The notes under the pieces: generated by a model | Databases searched by the model: none | What the model was told of the DNA's origin: nothing | Seen by the model: only the letters and a program-made list of their open reading frames with translations | IMG/VR virus record: IMGVR_UViG_3300048571_000060 | Span: 1 to 51,538 of that record | Source of the DNA: a virus | Taxonomy: Duplodnaviria; Caudoviricetes | Reading direction: 5' to 3' (one strand) | DNA: 51,538 nt | Translations under genes and position numbers: made by a program | Part shown: positions 46,322 through 51,538 of the stretch, piece by piece | How positions within the stretch are numbered: the stretch's first letter is position 1 | Layout of the letters: every line of letters begins with the position of its first letter

Positions 46322-46693
46322 TTATTGAGTGGTTAATGTTATTGTTCCTTTTCTTACCTCTGCATGAATGACGTTCTTAACTACAATTCTTTGCGTGGCC
46401 GTCAATTGGCTTTGTTTTTGCATTATGAGGTTATATTCTTTTAAATATTCACCAAGCGTCTTAAATGGCATTTTAGGCACTTTGCTCATCAGCATTGGTT
46501 TCGTAAAATTCATAAATGCACTATACTCTTCATCAGTCTTGAATGACTCACGTGTTACAGGTATGGGTACTTTTTGAATTGGTTTTGGGACGATTACAGG
46601 TTTGACTGTTTGCTTATTAGCTCTAGATATTGCAATTGTTTTGCCGTGGTCTACGTGACCAATCGTGCCTAATGGTATTACTTTCTTTGCCAT
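46322..46693 (-). CDS. hypothetical protein carrying an EF-Tu G1/P-loop peptide at its N-terminus
   Basis: MAK...GTIGHVDHGKT; the remainder lacks GTPase motifs. Confidence 0.7.
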   Translation of the reverse strand: MAKKVIPLGTIGHVDHGKTIAISRANKQTVKPVIVPKPIQKVPIPVTRESFKTDEEYSAFMNFTKPMLMSKVPKMPFKTLGEYLKEYNLIMQKQSQLTATQRIVVKNVIHAEVRKGTITLTTQ

Positions 46694-46881
46694 TCTTTCA
46701 AATGTAATTAGTTAAGCAAATCAAGGACAGGTTGTAGATACAACGACAACAAGATGAAATTTGTGAAGATGTCCTGTCCTTTATTGCTATAAAATATTTT
46801 TTGAAATGTTTTTTGATTGCTTCATCTTATTATTGCATCTACATGAGCGAAGTAAAGCATAACATTTCGGATTGGCAAGAA

Positions 46882-47805
46882 TTATTTTTTCTTTTTGTCT
46901 TTTTTCTTATCCTTCTTTTTGCCGACTTCAGCCAACGCATCATTGTCAATGCCCTTGTCTTTCTTTTTGTCTTTGGATTTTTCAGATTTTTTATCTTTCT
47001 TTTTATCCCCTTTGACATGAGCTTCAACTTCTGCAACTACAACCGGATTATCCTTTGGCAAGTTTGCCAACAGTAAATCAACAATTCTGTTCACAACACC
47101 ATCCTCATCAGTGTCTGATGTAATGATTGGAAGTTTGTGTTTGTTGATTAGCTTGATAAGTTTTGTTAAACTCATACCTGCTAAATGCTCGTGAAATTCA
47201 CCAACCGTGTCATATCCGCTAACCATTTCGATAAGTTGTGCAACATCTATAGGTGGTTCGAAAGCTTCAGCCGGAGTTGCTGGCGTTAGAGTAGTCGCAT
47301 CTTCGTCCTCACTGCTGTCTTTATCTTTTTTCTTATCCTTCTTTTTGTCCTTGCCGTCTTTTTCAGACTTGTCCTTGCCCTTGTCAGCCTTTTTGTCTTT
47401 TTTAGCTTCTTTTGATTCGTTTGTTGGTGCTTCAACATCCATTTCAGCCGCGAATTTTTTCATGTCATCAACAATCGCTTTAACAAAATATGCACGACCT
47501 TTATTGGTTTGCTTAACATCCAAAGCATGAGTCAACAATGACTTGCCAAACGTTCTTGTTCTGATATCAAAATCAGGATTAATTTCCAATAATGCTTCCT
47601 CAATTTCTTTTGCAATCATGTAGGTTCCTTTTGAGTCACTGGCTTCAGCGAACACAATGTGGTCAATTACCAAAGAATCTTCTTGACTGCCTGGTTTTGA
47701 TTTTTGTTCAACAACTTTTTTTCCAACTGCTTCAGCAAAAGCGGCCACAACCTTTGGGTCGCCTAACGCTTCTAATACTGCTTTAACTACTAAATTCTGT
47801 TCCAT
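46882..47805 (-). CDS. hypothetical protein with two Lys/Asp low-complexity tracts
   Basis: 307 aa; KDKK repeats; preceded by the 26-bp leader element. Confidence 0.75.
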   Translation of the reverse strand: MEQNLVVKAVLEALGDPKVVAAFAEAVGKKVVEQKSKPGSQEDSLVIDHIVFAEASDSKGTYMIAKEIEEALLEINPDFDIRTRTFGKSLLTHALDVKQTNKGRAYFVKAIVDDMKKFAAEMDVEAPTNESKEAKKDKKADKGKDKSEKDGKDKKKDKKKDKDSSEDEDATTLTPATPAEAFEPPIDVAQLIEMVSGYDTVGEFHEHLAGMSLTKLIKLINKHKLPIITSDTDEDGVVNRIVDLLLANLPKDNPVVVAEVEAHVKGDKKKDKKSEKSKDKKKDKGIDNDALAEVGKKKDKKKDKKKK

Positions 47806-47825
47806 TTTAAATATTTATTTATTTT

Positions 47826-47851
47826 TGCTTACTTCAGGCATCAGCTTTCCT
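47826..47851 (-). promoter_or_regulatory. 26-bp leader element, copy 2
   Basis: Exact reverse complement of 2935-2960. Confidence 0.6.
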
Positions 47852-47958
47852 ATTAAATTATTTTTCTTTTTTTACAAATTTCACACTCTAATTCTCTTGA
47901 ATAACGACCATGCAAAAACGCAATCACTCTCCATTTACATCTATGCTTTGTTGGTTTT

Positions 47959-48144
47959 TCAATCTTCTTCAATATCAGTTAATACATATCCTTTAGGTGG
48001 CAGATGAATCAAACATCTTCCATTTTCTTTATAGCACGTACAATCTTCTTCATCATCAACAATCATTGAAACTGAGTCTTCTTTATCTTCATAGTTTGTA
48101 AAAAAATCATTAAAGATTCCGGTTATTGTAAGCAGTTTTTTCAT
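47959..48144 (-). CDS. hypothetical protein
   Basis: ATGA-coupled to the upstream gene. Confidence 0.55.
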   Translation of the reverse strand: MKKLLTITGIFNDFFTNYEDKEDSVSMIVDDEEDCTCYKENGRCLIHLPPKGYVLTDIEED

Positions 48145-48479
48145 TTTGCTATATATATGGCCGTTGGTCTATCATATTTCTTTACAACACCAGCGTCAAC
48201 AGAGTAATCACCAACATCTTCAATGGTTGGTTCTTTATCACACTTAACAGCATAATGAATTTGACACCCTGCCACGATTACATGATTATCTTCAGGTCCA
48301 ACTTTTGCAAACCAATTTGATGACCTGATGTTTGTTTTGATACCTAAAAAGGAATCCTCAATGATTTTTACGTCACCCCAGACTGCTCTGTACTGTTTGC
48401 CGTCAGGTCCAAAAAACCAAGCGTCTGTGGTTATTAAATAGTTTCCTGTCATAATATTATGGATAAATAGGTTTTTCAA
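48141..48479 (-). CDS. hypothetical phage protein
   Basis: 'YLITTDAWFFGPDGKQYRAVWG'; the true start may be the internal MTGNY. Confidence 0.65.
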   Translation of the reverse strand: MKNLFIHNIMTGNYLITTDAWFFGPDGKQYRAVWGDVKIIEDSFLGIKTNIRSSNWFAKVGPEDNHVIVAGCQIHYAVKCDKEPTIEDVGDYSVDAGVVKKYDRPTAIYIAK

Positions 48480-48708
48480 TTAATAAAAAAGGCAACACAC
48501 AAAGCGCAATCATGACCAATGCAAAACAACAGAACGGCAACCACAATTTGAACACTTTCTTTTCGTAATCAAAATCCTTGGTTTGTGCTTTCATAATCCT
48601 GTATTCGTTGTTGGTCTTTATGTAAAAGCCAGTCAATACTGCTGTTGTTATTAAAATTATAATTGCAAACCAACTCAATGATTCACCACAGATTGCTAAT
48701 TGTTTCAT
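48457..48708 (-). CDS. small 2-TM membrane protein
   Basis: Two hydrophobic segments. Confidence 0.55.
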   Translation of the reverse strand: MKQLAICGESLSWFAIIILITTAVLTGFYIKTNNEYRIMKAQTKDFDYEKKVFKLWLPFCCFALVMIALCVLPFLLIEKPIYP

Positions 48709-48709
48709 C

Positions 48710-49147
48710 TTAATAGTGCATTGTTATATAATGAAAATTTGATGAGTGACGCAGTCTATAAAGACACGTTTCAATCAACATTGGAACGTTTCCAATATGT
48801 TTAACTAATTTGACTCTGTTTGTTTGATATAAGTCAATTTTTTCAACCTCCATCGTTCTTAAAGTTTTGTCAGTTGTGCCTGTAAAGATAGTGACATTGA
48901 AACCTGTGCTATCATTATTGATACCTTTCATTTCGCCAACTTCAATAAGTTGTTCAGCACTGATGTCAAGACCAGATTCTTCTTTCAGTTCGCGAATCAC
49001 TGCCTGCATTGGAGTTTCGTCTTCTTCAATTTTACCACCAATACCATTCAAACAGCCTTTTTGCCATTCTGGTTTTTGCTTTTGGATTAACCATACCTTT
49101 TCAACATTATGTGTAAATAAAAAGGCGACTACATAATTTGTTATCAT
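48710..49147 (-). CDS. NUDIX hydrolase
   Basis: Nudix box GGKIEEDETPMQAVIRELKEESGL. Confidence 0.9.
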   Translation of the reverse strand: MITNYVVAFLFTHNVEKVWLIQKQKPEWQKGCLNGIGGKIEEDETPMQAVIRELKEESGLDISAEQLIEVGEMKGINNDSTGFNVTIFTGTTDKTLRTMEVEKIDLYQTNRVKLVKHIGNVPMLIETCLYRLRHSSNFHYITMHY

Positions 49148-49461
49148 GATTTTATTGTTTTAGGTGCCGGTTTCAACGGCGTTAGATACTTTTCTTTTTT
49201 CTTTTGAAGCTTTTTATTCACTATACGATTGATTTTTCGTTTGTTGAATAACATTTCAGCTGAGCGCATCGCAATCTTCATATCAGCCAGCTCACTATAT
49301 ACGTCATTCAATAGCTTTTTCTTGTCGATCTTTGTTGGACATTTTAATTGGTGTAATGCAAGGCCCAATTCTTGAGACTCTTCCTGTATTTTGTCAACAG
49401 TTGCAACTTCTCCAAACTTCCTAATCAGTTGCTTGATTATCTTTAGGTTTTCAGCTGTCAT
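49144..49461 (-). CDS. MazG-like nucleotide pyrophosphohydrolase
   Basis: 'KIQEESQEL' and 'SELADM' acidic motifs. Confidence 0.65.
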   Translation of the reverse strand: MTAENLKIIKQLIRKFGEVATVDKIQEESQELGLALHQLKCPTKIDKKKLLNDVYSELADMKIAMRSAEMLFNKRKINRIVNKKLQKKKEKYLTPLKPAPKTIKS

Positions 49462-49655
49462 TTTTTGGTTAGTGATTCAGGTTGGTTTAATTTTTCAAAC
49501 TCTATTAACTTGTCTAGATGCTCAACTTTCTTTTGATAAAATATAATCAGCAAATTTAAATAAACGGTCGCCTTATCAATCAATATCATTATAAAAATTG
49601 CCACACAAAATGCTGTCCAAGGATATTCAGCCAATACTGCAAAAAAGTATTTCAT
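49458..49655 (-). CDS. small membrane protein
   Basis: Hydrophobic N-terminal half; ATGA coupling to the next gene. Confidence 0.55.
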   Translation of the reverse strand: MKYFFAVLAEYPWTAFCVAIFIMILIDKATVYLNLLIIFYQKKVEHLDKLIEFEKLNQPESLTKK

Positions 49656-49658
49656 AAC

Positions 49659-49916
49659 TTAGGCGGTATAAAATTGTATGGTTACTTTGGTTTTGTCTTT
49701 TAATTCAAATCTCTTTTGATGAAAACCATTGACATTCATTATCTTTTGCTTGTCACCAATTTTAACTCTACCTGCTTCAATATATAAGCCACTAAAATTT
49801 TCTAATTGACGCATGGCATTACAAATTTTGTTGGCTATATAGATGGCTTGTTCTTTGCTTAATCCAGCGTCAACCATTTGAGCGGTGTATAATATATGAT
49901 ATTGAGTTGTTTTCAT
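49659..49916 (-). CDS. hypothetical protein
   Basis: 85-aa ORF in the operon. Confidence 0.6.
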   Translation of the reverse strand: MKTTQYHILYTAQMVDAGLSKEQAIYIANKICNAMRQLENFSGLYIEAGRVKIGDKQKIMNVNGFHQKRFELKDKTKVTIQFYTA

Positions 49917-49958
49917 AAATCAAGTTTAAATAGTTTTCTTAATAGTTCAATGGTTGGG

Positions 49959-50516
49959 TTAAGACCTTTTAACCGTTGGTATTTTTCTAACGGTGTGCTT
50001 GGTTTTCTTTTTTGGGATTTCTTTTGCATATTTGCCCTTTATTAATGCTTTATATAATTTTTTTCCTTCCACAAATTCAGACACATAATTAGGCGTTGAA
50101 TTGTAAAAATCAATACACAAATCAATCACTTCGAGTTGCTTTTTTTGGTCTTCATATGATTCTTCAAGTAAAGTAACCCATCTTGAAATTCTTTCATTAG
50201 TCCTGTTGTCAATTGCCATTTGCTCAGCCATGTTTTTTGAGTTGTCAATAAACATTTGTTTGAGTATTTTTTTAACATCTCCGTGAACAAATAAAGAATC
50301 TCCATCAGCGTAATATATAGCATAGTCTTCGCTTTCTTGACATTGAAATGAAATGGTTGTTGAAACGTCTCCAATTATTATATCTCCTTCTTGATATATT
50401 GAAAGGTTTGGTATTGAATCCCACTCTATTAAATTTGGTTGAGGATTCTGACTCGCTGGTATGTTTGATTGAGCCACTGCTATAAAAGGCAACAATAATA
50501 AGATTATTTTTTTCAT
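49959..50516 (-). CDS. hypothetical secreted protein
   Basis: Bacteroidota-type signal peptide MKKIILLLLPFIAVA-Q. Confidence 0.65.
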   Translation of the reverse strand: MKKIILLLLPFIAVAQSNIPASQNPQPNLIEWDSIPNLSIYQEGDIIIGDVSTTISFQCQESEDYAIYYADGDSLFVHGDVKKILKQMFIDNSKNMAEQMAIDNRTNERISRWVTLLEESYEDQKKQLEVIDLCIDFYNSTPNYVSEFVEGKKLYKALIKGKYAKEIPKKKTKHTVRKIPTVKRS

Positions 50517-50518
50517 AA

Positions 50519-50815
50519 TTATTTATATTCATTTAGTCGTTCAATAATTTCAAGTTCAGTCATTTCTCCTAACTGTCTAAACAGCATCTGTCCGTCTTTG
50601 TAAATCATAAATGTTGGCAGTCCTTTAATGCGTAAGGCGTCAGCTAATTCCTGGTTCTTATCAACATCTATCTTGACAACTTTTACAGTATCATTGGCAA
50701 TTGCTGAAACATTTCTAATCACCGGAAGCATTTGATTTGATGTGTCGTTCCAATCAGTGTAAAACATAATTAAGACGGCGACTTTGCTATTGATTAATTC
50801 TCCAAATTTTGACAT
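50519..50815 (-). CDS. thioredoxin-fold protein lacking the CxxC active site
   Basis: 'VLIMFYTDWNDTSNQM', 'KIDVDKNQELA', 'IKGLPT'; contains no cysteine. Confidence 0.85.
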   Translation of the reverse strand: MSKFGELINSKVAVLIMFYTDWNDTSNQMLPVIRNVSAIANDTVKVVKIDVDKNQELADALRIKGLPTFMIYKDGQMLFRQLGEMTELEIIERLNEYK

Positions 50816-50817
50816 GG

Positions 50818-51249
50818 CTATTGATTTAAATTGTTAAGTATTTTTGAAACTACCATGAACGGTAGAGTGTTGGTTTGGTTGTTTGATTTCATGTAATCAA
50901 AATACATTTTAGCAACTTGTATCAAGTCAGGCGTCATCTCACAGGCCTTCATATCAGCACGTCTAACAAACAGCCCAACACATTTGCCGTTGGCGTCATT
51001 TAAATGTAAAATAGATTCTTTATCCTCTATCCAAGGCGCTGGCGAATGTGTGTGTACAACGACTGGTCTTGTTGTGTTGATGGCATCAGTCATTGACAAT
51101 CCTGAGCCAATTAAATTCAATATTACAATAATCTTATCAATTGAATTTACTTTTTGATAGATGAGTTTGATTTGTTCAAGGCTAAATGCAGTCGTAAATG
51201 ATAATGACTCAAGTAGTCTTTCCTCTGTGAATGTTAGTCTTTTTGGCAT
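50818..51249 (-). CDS. hypothetical protein
   Basis: 143 aa with an 'HSPAPW' motif. Confidence 0.65.
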   Translation of the reverse strand: MPKRLTFTEERLLESLSFTTAFSLEQIKLIYQKVNSIDKIIVILNLIGSGLSMTDAINTTRPVVVHTHSPAPWIEDKESILHLNDANGKCVGLFVRRADMKACEMTPDLIQVAKMYFDYMKSNNQTNTLPFMVVSKILNNLNQ

Positions 51250-51256
51250 GGCTTAA

Positions 51257-51538
51257 TTATTGGTTCTTTTGTTCAAATACCGCGATATTTTCAGCCAACA
51301 CAATTCTATTTTGATTTGTGTATCTTAAAATTACTTTGTCTGAAATTTTATGTTCAATCGTATTGTACGAATTAATATACGCAGAGTCCGACGCTCGTAC
51401 AGTCGCAGAGTTCCACGCTCGTACAGTCGCAGAGTCCGACGCTCGTACAGTCGCAGAGCCCCACGCTTCAACAGTCGCAGAGTCCGACGCTCGTACAGTC
51501 GCAGAGTCCGACGCTCGTACAGTCGCAGAGCCCCACGC
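51257..51538 (-). CDS. 3' part of the junction-spanning octapeptide-repeat protein
   Basis: Repeat units followed by SAYINSYNTIEHKISDKVILRYTNQNRIVLAENIAVFEQKNQ*; stop at 51257-51259. Confidence 0.85.
   Translation of the reverse strand, partial: AWGSATVRASDSATVRASDSATVEAWGSATVRASDSATVRAWNSATVRASDSAYINSYNTIEHKISDKVILRYTNQNRIVLAENIAVFEQKNQ
51381..51538. repeat. 24-bp tandem repeat array (continuation of 1-331)
   Basis: 6 full units plus a partial unit; one variant unit (ttccacgc, VRAWN). Confidence 0.97.

Noticed and set aside
46322-46693. True elongation factor Tu gene or tuf pseudogene
   Set aside because: Only the G1 peptide matches; the ORF is intact and otherwise unrelated to EF-Tu.

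Overview
The window is a near-complete, circularly permuted genome of a tailed dsDNA phage. Bases 1-120 are identical to 51419-51538, which gives about 51.4 kb after trimming. It is AT-rich and probably infects Flavobacteriia/Bacteroidota, judging from TAnnTTTG-type promoters, AT-rich leaders without Shine-Dalgarno sites and Bacteroidota-type protein domains. The + strand block (2262-28409) is the virion module: lambda-like terminase, portal, S49 protease, decoration and capsid genes, an embedded lysis cassette, and a Mu-like contractile tail and baseplate (myovirus). The - strand block (28396-51538 plus 1-1381) holds recombination and replication genes (VRR-NUC, SSB, SF2 helicase, SMC-like ATPase, YqaJ exonuclease, Rad52/Sak-like annealase, primase-like protein, beta clamp, VapE-like helicase) and many small early genes. 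I recognised no integrase, repressor or DNA polymerase. The best candidate for an undescribed system is a 7-deazaguanine DNA-modification cluster (folE, queD, queE, DpdL-like T-fold protein, DpdA-like transglycosylase, no queC) that also contains a GT-B glycosyltransferase, a degenerate ParB-like protein and an unknown ORF. Other oddities are an EF-Tu P-loop mimic, an endolysin/u-spanin in-frame fusion, an Acb2/Tad1-like gene between terS and terL, a 26-bp leader element placed identically before two distant genes, four promoter+ORF cassettes, a cysteine-free thioredoxin and a two-state 24-bp coding repeat array. All calls come from motif recognition by eye; no searches were run.
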